A stretch of DNA of 62,600 nt, counting the filler, from Rhabdomonas costata (taxonomy: Eukaryota): the NCBI GenBank assembly GCA_019059605.1. It is 30 parts of 30 records of this genome, joined end to end, with 100 filler letters (N's around TTAATTAATTAA, not from the genome) between each part and the next. Parts side by side here need not be neighbours in the genome. Positions count along the whole stretch, not along the records: positions 1 to 1,999 come from JAHMHO010006569.1; positions 2,100 to 4,098 come from JAHMHO010006570.1; positions 4,199 to 6,198 come from JAHMHO010006571.1; positions 6,299 to 8,297 come from JAHMHO010006572.1; positions 8,398 to 10,395 come from JAHMHO010006573.1; 25 more parts are not named here. One strand, written 5' to 3'. The notes under the pieces were generated by a model that saw nothing but the letters and a program-made list of their open reading frames with translations, was not told the DNA's origin and searched no databases. The position numbers and the translations under genes are program-made. How positions within the stretch are numbered: position 1 is the first letter of the stretch; the number at the start of each line of letters is the position of its first letter. Shown in pieces: positions 1 to 10,495 of the stretch.

Positions 1-225
1 TTGTGGTTGGAACCGCTGCCTGAGTTGCAACAATTGCTGATCATGCCAGACACGGTAAGAACGCAAAAACATCTCTGTGTAATATATTGTCGACGTCGTC
101 TCGATATTACTCCCCTGAATCCATAAAAAATGTTGATGAAAAAAACTCGAGCCAATCTGGCGGCCGTCATTCTATAGAAAACATAATTCGTTCAGAAGTC
201 AGCCATGGCTAAATACATCACACAC

Positions 226-1150
226 CGAGGCCTCCCACAGGGGCAGGAAGAGGTTGTCGAGCTGCTCCTGCACCGTGCGCAGGCGGTAGTGGCGGCGGAT
301 TTCCGCAATTCGGGGAACTCGAATGAGCCAGGTGTTGCTTCCGGCGAACCGAGTGGAGAGCTGCGCGCGCTCCGCCCACTCCGCCAGCTCGGCCCACTCC
401 TTCGCAGAGGTTCCGAACGGAACGAGAGCGTGCTCTGTGGCAATCCGGCTGTCCTCGTGGCCCTACAAAAATCGACAGGGAGGAAAGGTCGGGAAAAGAC
501 TTGGTGGCTTTCATTTTGCTGAAGGAAAAGCTGATTCCTTCGATTAGAAAACGCAACCTTCCTGACGTTCCTTACAAAGACCATCACAAGGGATGCAAAG
601 GTAATCTTCTGAACAAACAAAGGTGCGAAGGTGACGAGAAGGGGCCCAGGCACAAACGAATTTGTTAGGACCTGTAATTGAATGGTGCCCGTGATGGGGT
701 CAGTGAAAAAGATGAAAAAAAACGGAATAGTCCAATGATTCCCAACGGGACAAACCCAACTGTGACAAGCAAACTGTAAAATACGGGTGGATAAAACGCT
801 GGAAGACACATGCCACACTGAAAATAACCGCATAACCCATTTCGCTCATGTGCATCTGGAACGTTCTCAAGACAATGAAGTGTGGGCCACACCTCAAGCA
901 CTGGGGTCACCAGCTCAGCCAGATACTTTCCCTGTTGCAGGCAGGTCGTTTTCAGGAAAACTTTCAGCAGCTCTGTAGTGCACTCCCCGCCTCCGGGGCG
1001 GTTGCGGCTGAAGATATCGAAGTGGTGGAAAAGCGTAGACGTGGGGCTGGGCATCAGGCTCAGGCGTTCAACGGTAAGGGCGGACGCCGAGCTGATCCCA
1101 GCCCGCGCAAAGAGCTGGGCCAAGGTGATCTCTTCCCCACTGACGGTGCG
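226..1150 (-). CDS. AMP deaminase-like protein, two internal exons (partial)
   Basis: Exon 1150-893 reads RTVSGEEITLAQLF...TLFHHFDIFS...LLKVFLKTTCLQQGKYLAEL. Exon 462-226 reads ...KEWAELAEW...NTWLIRVPR...QLDNLFLPLWEAS. Both are AG/GT-bounded and phase 0. They match the AMPD motifs TFHRFDKFN, IFLKxxNxxxGxFLAE, EWxxLAxW, WLIQxPR and LDNIFxPLFEA in the correct order. Confidence 0.85.
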
Positions 1151-1999
1151 CTGCAGACCCACCCCGCACAAAAACCGATCATCTGCTCCTCTCTCGTCCA
1201 TGGCACCGTCCACCCATTGACGTTGAATCGATGAGCTCGCTGGAAATGAGGCTCGCAATGTGTGCTGTTGCCTCTATATCGCCTTTCGCTTTTCCCACTT
1301 GGGTGTGGGTCACCCGGGCCTTCCTTATCGAGCTGTCTGCGTTTTTCTCGGGCCCGCGGCTTGGCGCGTGCGCCTGCCCTTGCGTGGAAGCGTGTGGACT
1401 AATTGAACTTTTGTGGCTGTGAATCCGGTCGTTAGCCGACACCGTGAAACTCACATTTCCACGTCAGATAAAAATCTGGTGGATTCTGAATATTCTTCAT
1501 CAACGATGACATTTTCTCGTCCTCGTCGATACTGCTCTGCAGATACCCAATCTCGTCAACCGCGCCATGATGAGTAGCGACGGGAACAGCTCAGGCGCTG
1601 AAGTGAGCATATCCATCAATCATCGTCCCTTCATCACCGTGTGAGTCGAGTAGCGACGCGAAGGCGATGCTCATCCCCGGACGCGCATATCAACCTTACA
1701 GAATCAAATGAGCTCCGAAATATTGAATTCCCCAATGCTAGGAATCCACGTACGCTTATGTAAAGACCGTTTCTGATCACTGGTAACCACAAGCAACAAC
1801 CTGCAGCCTCGGACGGTCTCGGAGTTCCCCATGGCTTTTATGTCAATACAAGACTTACGGGGGAAATAACTGAAACGCTGTGATGAGCACAATTGTATCA
1901 GTTAATCCGCTCACTTCCCACACCTATGGCATGTAGCCCTATCAGTGTGCAAGGTGTCGACTCCTCTCGACCGAAAAGTACGGGTTTCGACAAAAACAC

Positions 2000-2099
2000 N
2001 NNNNNNNNNNNNNNNNNNNNNNNNNNNNNNNNNNNNNNNNNNNTTAATTAATTAANNNNNNNNNNNNNNNNNNNNNNNNNNNNNNNNNNNNNNNNNNNN
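2000..2099. other. Artificial concatenation spacer (first of 29 identical copies)
   Basis: N44-TTAATTAATTAA-N44 has stops in all six frames and recurs about every 2.1 kb. Fragments start at 1, 2100, 4199, 6299, 8398, 10496, 12595, 14692, 16791, 18890, 20986, 23084, 25182, 27279, 29377, 31476, 33573, 35671, 37769, 39866, 41971, 44069, 46167, 48264, 50379, 52476, 54573, 56666, 58763 and 60605. Confidence 0.99.
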
Positions 2100-2120
2100 G
2101 TGGGTGTGTGCCCGGAACAG

Positions 2121-2390
2121 GTGATTGCCCCAATGTTTGGCAAGCCCAAGTGGATTGCCGGCCCTCCCAAGCGGTTTGCCCGAGGCTTCGACGGGGCCTT
2201 CTGCCTGGCGGCGCTGATCCTGGCGTGGAAGGGGAAGCTCCAGGAGGCGAAGGTGGTTACGGCCTGGGTGATGGCCGTGAGCAGCATGGAGGCCCTCCTG
2301 GGCTTCTGCGTTGGGTCCAACGTCTACGCCTTGGGAGTGAAGGCGGGGATCTTCCCCCCGGTGAAGTGCGGAGAGCCTCCCAAGCCATAA
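2121..2390 (+). CDS. DUF4395-like membrane protein, terminal exon
   Basis: After a CAG acceptor it reads VIAPMFGKPKWIAGPPKRFARG...EALLGFCVGSNVY...*. The PKRFA and GFCxGx..Y motifs with two hydrophobic helices are typical of DUF4395. GC3 is high. Confidence 0.6.
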   Translation: MIAPMFGKPKWIAGPPKRFARGFDGAFCLAALILAWKGKLQEAKVVTAWVMAVSSMEALLGFCVGSNVYALGVKAGIFPPVKCGEPPKP

Positions 2391-2981
2391 AAGAGAGGAA
2401 ATGGGATGCGGGTTATTGAGGGCACTCCTCTGTAGTGTAATGATGCGCCGAGCCGCTGCGATATCCTTTGGGTTTGTATGCTTTATTCTCCTGTAGGGTA
2501 TGTTTGTAAGGTTTGTTTCTGAACTACTCACGGGTCTGTATCCCCTGTGATCAGCTCCTATCCAGCTCACTGCTTCTGTCTCATCGATCCGCGAGCGTGT
2601 GAATCAGGGGGGGCTCCTCCCCTGTTGAGTGCTCTCCAAACCGAACCGCTGTGGATTTGATCAGTTATTCACGCTCGTGCCTGTCTTACTTGGCGTCGAG
2701 TGGGAGGTGGCGGGCATAAAACCCAATCGGGATGGGTAGAAACTAATCTGGCACGCGCCCGGGAAGGTGCCAGCACACTTTGTTCCGCACCCAAGCTGTG
2801 CCATCATGGTTACAGTGGCCGTCTTCATGACTTGAGGCAATTTTGATCGATATGTCACACTTATCCTCTGTAAATGGAATTTTTTCGTTGGGTCACGCCG
2901 CCCACCTCTCAGACGATGACCTCCCATTTTTGTCCGTCCTATTCTTTCTTATTCTCTGCGCCGTGGATAGACAGTTGAGAA

Positions 2982-3112
2982 ATGCGCGTCAGGGACACTC
3001 CCTTCGACCTGGGCCTAGTATTCACAGTGGTGGAGGGGCATGAGGTGGTCGTGGAGCTCACCAACGGCTCCTCCGTCACAGGCGTGATGCGGGGCACAGA
3101 CCCCCATAGAAA
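2982..3112 (+). CDS. Sm/LSm family protein, first exon (Sm1 motif)
   Basis: MRVRDTPFDLGLVFTVVEGHEVVVELTNGSSVTGVMRGTDPHR(N) is followed by the donor GTAAGT. It fits the Sm1 pattern V.VELxNG...G.....D...N. It is absent from the ORF track. Confidence 0.8.
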
Positions 3113-4481
3113 GTAAGTACTTTTTTTTTGCATAAGCGCAGAAAGGAAAAGGTTGTTGCAGTGGGTGTTTTTAGCCTCTACATGACATTATACCCCGCCC
3201 ACTACGCCGCCCTCGCGCTGGCCTGCACTGTTCCACTCGTAAACAAACCAATACCGTTAAACGTGGTGCGCCACCCCTTCCCCAAAAAGCTTGTTTGCCA
3301 TATTCGCCGTATGTCCTCCTCTTTCCAAAATTATCATTTTCTTCAGCATCTCCTTGGACAACGCCGTGTTCAAGGCCTCCTTGGTATGTTCAATTCTTTT
3401 CGTTGTTTAATGCTGTACCTGTGTGGAAACTGAAAGGATAGCATGAACAGAAAAATTCCCCCGACCTAAGACGTGCGCACCCTGGGTGCTTCCACTAAGA
3501 AGCAGGTGATTCTGTGAAATACGAGGATACGAGGATTTCGTTTCCGTTTCACTCGCACTCTCTAAGCGTTCTTTCTTCATCGGGGTCTTCTTGCGTGTTT
3601 GATTCTTCGATCATTACTTTTTCGACTTTCGCCAGGGCTTGCGCTGTGAACGGAGGTGCGGTCACGCGTTCATCTCCGCCCGCAGTCTCCGCGAGGTCAT
3701 TCTGCCCCCGAATCTGTCCATTCCCGAGGCCTTAAACCGCCATGTGTGCCCCCACCGCCCGCTCGCTTCCCTGACATCGTTGCTGGTCGCCTCCAGCATG
3801 CAGATTAGCATACACGCATCCATCTTCCTTTTCTTTGAAACATGATGTCCATGAATGGTGTACGGTAAGGCGGCGGTGAAGTCACGCAGCGAACCGCCAT
3901 AAAGTGCTGTGTAAGAACGCTATATCCGAGCAAACTGCCAAAGTCCTCCCTATTCAGGAAGATATCATTGCGAACGGGACCGCGCCTGAGCAAAAGTGCT
4001 AATGAAAATTATAGCCGTCCGCCCCGGCCACACCGTGAGGAATGACCTCTGCTTAGCTTAAGCTGTCCCACTAGTCCGTGAGTGAAGCCCCCAAACCCNN
4101 NNNNNNNNNNNNNNNNNNNNNNNNNNNNNNNNNNNNNNNNNNTTAATTAATTAANNNNNNNNNNNNNNNNNNNNNNNNNNNNNNNNNNNNNNNNNNNNGG
4201 GGGTGTGGTCATTCCACAAAACGCGAATGTCAGGGCCCATTTGGCCCGAAAATATTCTTCCTATGCATTTTGTATGGACTGTTCAGCTTTTTGAGCTGAA
4301 GGGCGACAGAGAGGATGAAACCCATGAGGTCGCCGACAGGGACGTTCAGGCTTTTGCTTCGCTCAGGACGTCCCTTTTTTGATCTCTTGTTCTCAGCTTG
4401 CACGGTTAAGTTTGAGTATATCGTCAGGACTGCGGAACCGCAGCAGAAGTTCTGCTCGAAAGGAGAACTGAAGGTTCAAAC

Positions 4482-6158
4482 CTGACGCCGAACTGCGGGG
4501 AGGTCGTGGTAGAAGTACTGCATCACGTTGTCCCGCACAAAGTCGCACAACGGGTGGTTCTTCATGTCAAACGTGCCCAGGGTAGAGAGGGCCAGCAGCA
4601 GCAGCGCCACCTTGTCCTCCGCTTCGTGCATCGGCTCCTGCGATGTGAAAAACACTGGGATGTGGATGTGAGCGAATGTGCGTTTTGCATTGGGCCCGTT
4701 TACCGATCTGACATACAACCGGCACTGACAACAGCATGCTCAAGGAGGGGTTACTAACCTGCAGTGCAGTGTGGCAACAATGCAGCAAGATGAGGAACCA
4801 AATCAGCCATCAGAAAACGTTAAAAGTCCCCCTTTGCTCTTTTTTGTTTTCCGCGTTGCATGAAGAGTAGAAAAAAATCACCACTCCAATGGCGAAAGAA
4901 ATGGAAGAAAGGAGCAACACACCGGCTTCAGCTGCGCGCGACCAATGCTGCCTGGGGGGTAGTAGGGTACTTCGGCCAGGATCCGTGAAATCGTATCCAG
5001 AAGCATGTCCTGGGATGGGGACGGGTGGGGAGGAGCCAAGAAAAAAAAAGAAAGGAATAGCTTCCTCACGGCACAACGACCCGCAGCGAAAGTTGTAAGG
5101 GAACAGCACAGCATACCCGATGCTGGTGAAAACCACACCCCCAACACAAGAATGAAGTATTTATAACGGATGGGATGAAAACTTTTTTTATCCAAACTTC
5201 AATTTGGAGACCAAGAGCGTGGAGTCCCAACAAATCACAATTTCTGACTGCTCACTTCCGGACTGTCGGGGCTCACTTGACGCAAGAAGGGCGCGCGTTG
5301 GAGTTCTTTCGGACCTGCACAGTGGAAAGTAAGTTGGGCATTGCTTCGCAGATCTTTGCAAGGGCGGTGGTGAGTTCTGGAGACAACCCCAAGCTGAACA
5401 CTGGGTCCAGCAGAGCTGTGCAAACCCACCCATCCACAGTTAAAAGACCTGAACAAACTTTGCACATTACGCTGAAAAAGACATGAAGGCTATGACAGAT
5501 TCGGACAACGCAACAATTTTCCTCAGCAAACAGCTTCTGTCACCGTGCAGAATTCAGTCAGCAAACCACTCCCCCGGTGATCAAACTAAAGGTTCAGTGT
5601 GATTCCCAGCAGCGCAAGGCGAGGAGTGGGATGGAGGAGGGAGGGAGGAGGGGGGACGATGCTCCAGCCAACCTATAATATGGGGTAGCATGTCCTGGGT
5701 GCAGGACTGGCACAGCCTGGATAGGCACTCCAGCGCTGCGTTGGCAACACCGTCCTTTCCAGCCTGGAAGAGAGAGGTGCACCGAAGCGAAAGAACCCAC
5801 CCATCAAACCAGCAAACTGCTGCACATGGTTTGCACGAGACATCCAGAACATCCTCACAACTCAGAAATAGCACACGAATTCGCCAACTAGCAAACACAC
5901 CTTTGTCCAAAGTCAAAGAAGGAAACTCAACTGACTATCTGCTGAGAATTCTTGCTGATTTGCTCCCCAATGATTCAAATGCCTCCCTCATGCCTTGTGA
6001 GTCGTGGAGTGCAACCCGGTGCGGATGATTGTCACCAGAGCGTCAATGCTGCACGAGGAAACGGTGAGCAGGGAGCGCCCCATGGCCTGCGCGAGGTCAC
6101 CCAGGGCCAGATAGGCATTCTCGCGGTCCCCCGGCTGTGAAACGCTGCCTGCTTTGAG
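4482..6158 (-). CDS. TOR: Target of rapamycin kinase, N-terminal HEAT region, five exons (partial)
   Basis: Phase-consistent exons are 6158-5994 (DRENAYLALGDLA..IIRTGL), 5763-5673 (ALECLSRL), 5415-5315 (LLDPVFSLGLSPEL), 5009-4923 (DMLLDTISRIL) and 4637-4482 (LALSTLGTFDMKNHPLCDFVRD). They are colinear with the mTOR motifs ERTAAFQALG, LLEPMLAVGLSPAL, DGLLKMLSLVL and LALRTLGSFEF..HSLTQFVR. Confidence 0.92.
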
Positions 6159-6687
6159 CTGAGTGAAAAGACAAAGTCACAGGCCAAAACCCACAACCNN
6201 NNNNNNNNNNNNNNNNNNNNNNNNNNNNNNNNNNNNNNNNNNTTAATTAATTAANNNNNNNNNNNNNNNNNNNNNNNNNNNNNNNNNNNNNNNNNNNNTG
6301 TTGTGTGGTATGCTCCGCCTGCTGCCTTCTTTGTTCTTTCGCGCGTTTTTGTACAAGGCCTGGAACATGGGGCAGGACGGAGAGTTTTCCATTGTTGTCC
6401 GGTGAACCGGCAATAGGGGACCCTCCCTGCGCACGCAGCCAGGAAATCATAAAAAACGCGCCAGGGGAACCTGTTGAAGAAATCCCCAAATCTTTCCGTT
6501 CGACGCCTCCAGTGGCCGCTAGATATCAAAATGCTCAACCAACTTCAAATACGTCGACAACCTGCACTACGAGAAAGAACACTCCAGGTTCAATTTACAA
6601 CAATCCAAAATTTACACTAATAAAAGATGTTGGTGGGCTGTGAAAAATGATGTCAAATTGGTTGAATATGCACATGAATGTGTGTTA

Positions 6688-7845
6688 TTAGAAACAATGT
6701 ATAAACCATTCGTAGTTAAATCCAAAAGAATTAGAATTGGTGTGTGATAACCATTTGTTTGCGATCAGCCAAGTTGTACCATTAAATGCGACATTAGGAC
6801 TAGGTGTACCAGTAATAGTTGTAGCTGTCCAAGTTCCAGTTACATTTGATGCATAATAAACAACACCAGATCCATTTACGCCAACCAAATTTAAGGAACC
6901 ATTATACAGAACAATATACCCTTGATTTTTAGAAAGAGATGATGCAGTCGAAGCAACACCATTAGTACTATATGCACAAGAGGGCATAGTTTTAGAACCA
7001 ACAGTAATAAAATAAGTGCCATCAAATATAATAGATGATCCAGTACAATACACTGATGTGAAAGTAGAGTTCAAATTCGCACTCCATTAGACCAAGTAAA
7101 CATATCTGAACTTGTATAAACAACAGCAGAATAGTAATAACAATGTATAAACCATTACCACATGCAACACCTGCAAAATTAAGCGGTGAAGATGATATTA
7201 ATGACCATGTCAAGCCGTCGCTACTCTAATATACAGCTGCTGAAGTACGACAAAAAATTACATTTTTTGAGGATGTAACACCATATGATAATACTGAATT
7301 GATTGAAGGAACTGATAGAAGGACACATCACTCATACATATATTAATCAAAGAAGCGGTTTTATAAATTGTAGTATTTGATTAGTTATAAGTGAACTAAT
7401 ACTAAAATCACTCAATAATGAACCAGATAAAGTTCAAGAATTCCGTTTAGAAGTGCTATTGTTCCATACAAGAACTTGATTACGAGATCGTCCAAAAATT
7501 CCACCATCCAATAGAGAGACTAAAGACATGCTAGGAATACCTGCGTTGCTCCAATTTGCAGAAGTAGTGTTATCTGTTAACACCTGTCCATTAGAAGGGC
7601 TTCATATAGTGCAATCTGATAGACTCAACACAGCAGTTGTTAAAGATGAGGTTGCATTAAATTATTTAGTACTATTATATTGTAACACTTGGTAGAAGGA
7701 CTTGATACAGTACCATCTGATAAACTTGATAATGCCGTTAATAAATATAATGTAGAATTAATCCGTTTAGAGCCGTTGTGTTGTAATACTTGATTAGTAC
7801 AAGGATTTGATATACCAAAGTCTGACATTTTTGTACAAAAATGTG
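6688..7845 (-). pseudogene. Decayed virus/phage-type fibre (tail-fibre/spike-like) gene
   Basis: AT-rich intronless block. It has about 5 repeats of LSD..ISSP..NQVLxYN...KWxN (7845-7360), then Asp-box/propeller-like repeats (Y*SSDGLTW, VACGNGLYI, CAYSTNG, VYYASNVTGTW, VAFNGTTWL). There are several in-frame stops and frameshifts. Confidence 0.7.
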
Positions 7846-7869
7846 AACCGTATACGTGATCGACAGAAA

Positions 7870-8297
7870 GGTGAACGAGCGTACCGTGTACCGGGGAGCG
7901 AGTGAACAACGCATCTAGGAGGAGGGACACGAGCGTAGTGAGTGTCACGACGACCTGGGAAACATCTTGGGGGATAGTAGTTGTAAAGGAGCATGCGTAC
8001 CACCTTAGGGTAGGGAGCATGCGACCAGTAACAGAGGAAGCATTCGAGGTACCAATAATGCTGACGTCTATCTTCATACACCAACAAGGAGGAGCGCAGC
8101 GACGACCAGCATACAAATACAAGGAGGCATTCGAGGACCCGAGAATGCCGACAGTAACAACATACATGCAGGAGGAACGAGCGGGTAGCGAGTGACGACC
8201 AAGGAGGAGCGAACGTAGTGAAGCGACGACATCAACAAGTACTAACAAAGAGGAACATGAGGAACAGGAGCGAGTGCAACGAGCGAGTGAGACGAAT
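7870..8297 (+). repeat. Non-coding dispersed repeat family A (shared with 48460-48900)
   Basis: 7870-7923 aligns to 48811-48867 with 48 of 57 columns identical by hand. 8011-8028 resembles 48641-48657, and 8164-8199 resembles 48855-48888. Confidence 0.85.
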
Positions 8298-8397
8298 NNN
8301 NNNNNNNNNNNNNNNNNNNNNNNNNNNNNNNNNNNNNNNNNTTAATTAATTAANNNNNNNNNNNNNNNNNNNNNNNNNNNNNNNNNNNNNNNNNNNN

Positions 8398-8516
8398 AGT
8401 GGAGCCTGGCCGTGGCCGCAGCCCCTTTCTCCAGCCGCTCCGCGATGGCGCTGCAGCCGTTCCAGGGGCAGCTCTTTCTGTTCGGAGGTTTCACCGCCGA
8501 GGGTCCATCAGCTGAG
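8398..8516 (+). CDS. Kelch-repeat protein exon (partial)
   Basis: WSLAVAAAPFSSRSAMALQPFQGQLFLFGGFTAEGPSAE is followed by a GT donor and fits the kelch W...R.......LFLFGG pattern. Confidence 0.7.
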
Positions 8517-10495
8517 GTTTTGGCGTGGAATTGGCTTTCCTCCCTCATCTCGCTTTTGCCTCATGGGACGCTTATGCGATGATGCCTGAAAAATATCGAC
8601 AATGCGCAAACCTTTCGCTCCCGTGCTGCCTTCTTTTTTCGCAACGCTGGTGTCTATGCCTCGCCTTTGGTGTGCCAAGTAGGGTGGATGGTCACTCCGC
8701 CTCTCCCGCCCCCGTATTATATGCCCATATTAAGCACACTACACTCTTTGGCCCACTTTAAGTTTAGCACCATCCAATTTGTACCTCTTGCGGAACCAAT
8801 CATATGGCGGGAAGGTGCAACATTTTGTCTGAGTACGCGCTTTGGGATGCGTCCATAGGTGAAAATGGCGAGTAAACCGATCGCATTCACCACCATCACA
8901 CCATGACCACCACCACCTCCTCCCTCAGATTCTACGTTGAGCCACTCGCTGTTGGCAGTGGAAGATTCGTCTCAGTCACACGATCGCAGGCGGTTAGAAG
9001 GCAAGCAGAAAGAGGGTAGGGGCATGTTGGTTTCAGCGACTCTGAAGGTTGAGAGAGGCGGCACCGAAAGGTTTCATTTCAGATGCATTCATTGTTGATC
9101 TGTGTTCTTTCTGAGCTCACAGAATCGATTTGTTGTATTCGAGTACGAACCTAACACCATCGCTTTCGGTATAAGTAAAACTTCAAAACTAAGAAAGTGT
9201 GTTTTCTTTCAATGAGATAGACCTGGCGCGCGCACCCAAGGCGACAATACCATCGTTCCCTTCCTTTTATCTCTTTCACCATTTCTTCTCTTACCTTCGC
9301 CACAAATGGCGCATGGCTGGCCAAAATAGGGAACGAGAAAAGGGAGGAGGAAACAAGTGAGAGGGCAGGAATGAGTTCGATGACTCTCCACCTGGACGTA
9401 AGCGAGGGTTGGACGCCTGCGATTCCAGTCTCACAAAGGACAGACAAACCGGCCAGGGGAGAGCAGCTGGACGTGAGCACAGCATCATAAAGCTGTAGCA
9501 GCATAAGGCCACCTCTCTCCGCAATCAAATCGGCAATCAAATCAAAAATCTCTCCGCAAGCAAAGAGGAAAAAGATTCCTCCTAAAAATGCTGAGCTGAC
9601 ACCGGCAGCGTTCACATGAAAATGAAGGGCCAAGACAGTTCGTTCCATTATTCCGTTACGTGTAAGCATGTAGCCACCACCACCACCGTCATTCTAAAGT
9701 TTCTGTTTTTATTCGTCTTTGCGCATTTGGAGGGCGTATTGGGGCGAGCCGTGTCCACCTGTTGACTTGAGAGCCGGACTGCTACTTAGTTCGATGCAAA
9801 CTCGGTATCCGTTGCTGACGGGTATAGGAGTCCTCGGTGTTCAGGTAGGCGACAGGTCGGTATATGGGCCCAGAGTCCGATTTGCACAAGCCCGGACGGC
9901 ACTCGCTACGTCAGCACCTTGACGTGACCCCAACCCCGGAGCACGGATGTCCTTTCAACCCTCAGTCGGACGTCCCCGTTACCCCGTTGTTATTCGGAGA
10001 CTCCGTCAGAGCTGCTCCCTGCACATCGCCCTGGTTTTCATGAGTGACTTTGACGGCCCAGATGCGGAAGAAGGCGTGTACTGCGCGGGCGATCCTTTGC
10101 AGACTATCAAATTACCACCCTCATGGGCGTGTACTCTGCAACCGTGCAGAGACCCCGCCCTGCCCCGCTCGCATGGCGTGTACTGTGCGGGCTTGGGACC
10201 GTGAGAGACCCAAGGCGGTTCACAACCGATCGACCCACGCAGACTACCGAGCATATCCACCCCTGGGGGTGTGTACTTTGCCAACCCAACCAGCGGAGAC
10301 TTCCACGAGGTCAGGGCAGGCGTTGGGAGATTTGCCGGTATAGGATGGACCGTTTCCACCTCCGGCACATGGAGGCTCCCGCAACCACCCCCCCCNNNNN
10401 NNNNNNNNNNNNNNNNNNNNNNNNNNNNNNNNNNNNNNNTTAATTAATTAANNNNNNNNNNNNNNNNNNNNNNNNNNNNNNNNNNNNNNNNNNNN

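Noticed and set aside
1672-1700. Minus-strand KVDMRVRG as the AMPD KVDTHVH exon
   Set aside because: It is followed immediately by a stop, with no downstream similarity.
2044-2055. TTAATTAATTAA recurring every ~2.1 kb as a biological repeat or CRISPR-like array
   Set aside because: It is always flanked by 44 Ns on each side and is a six-frame-stop linker added during concatenation.
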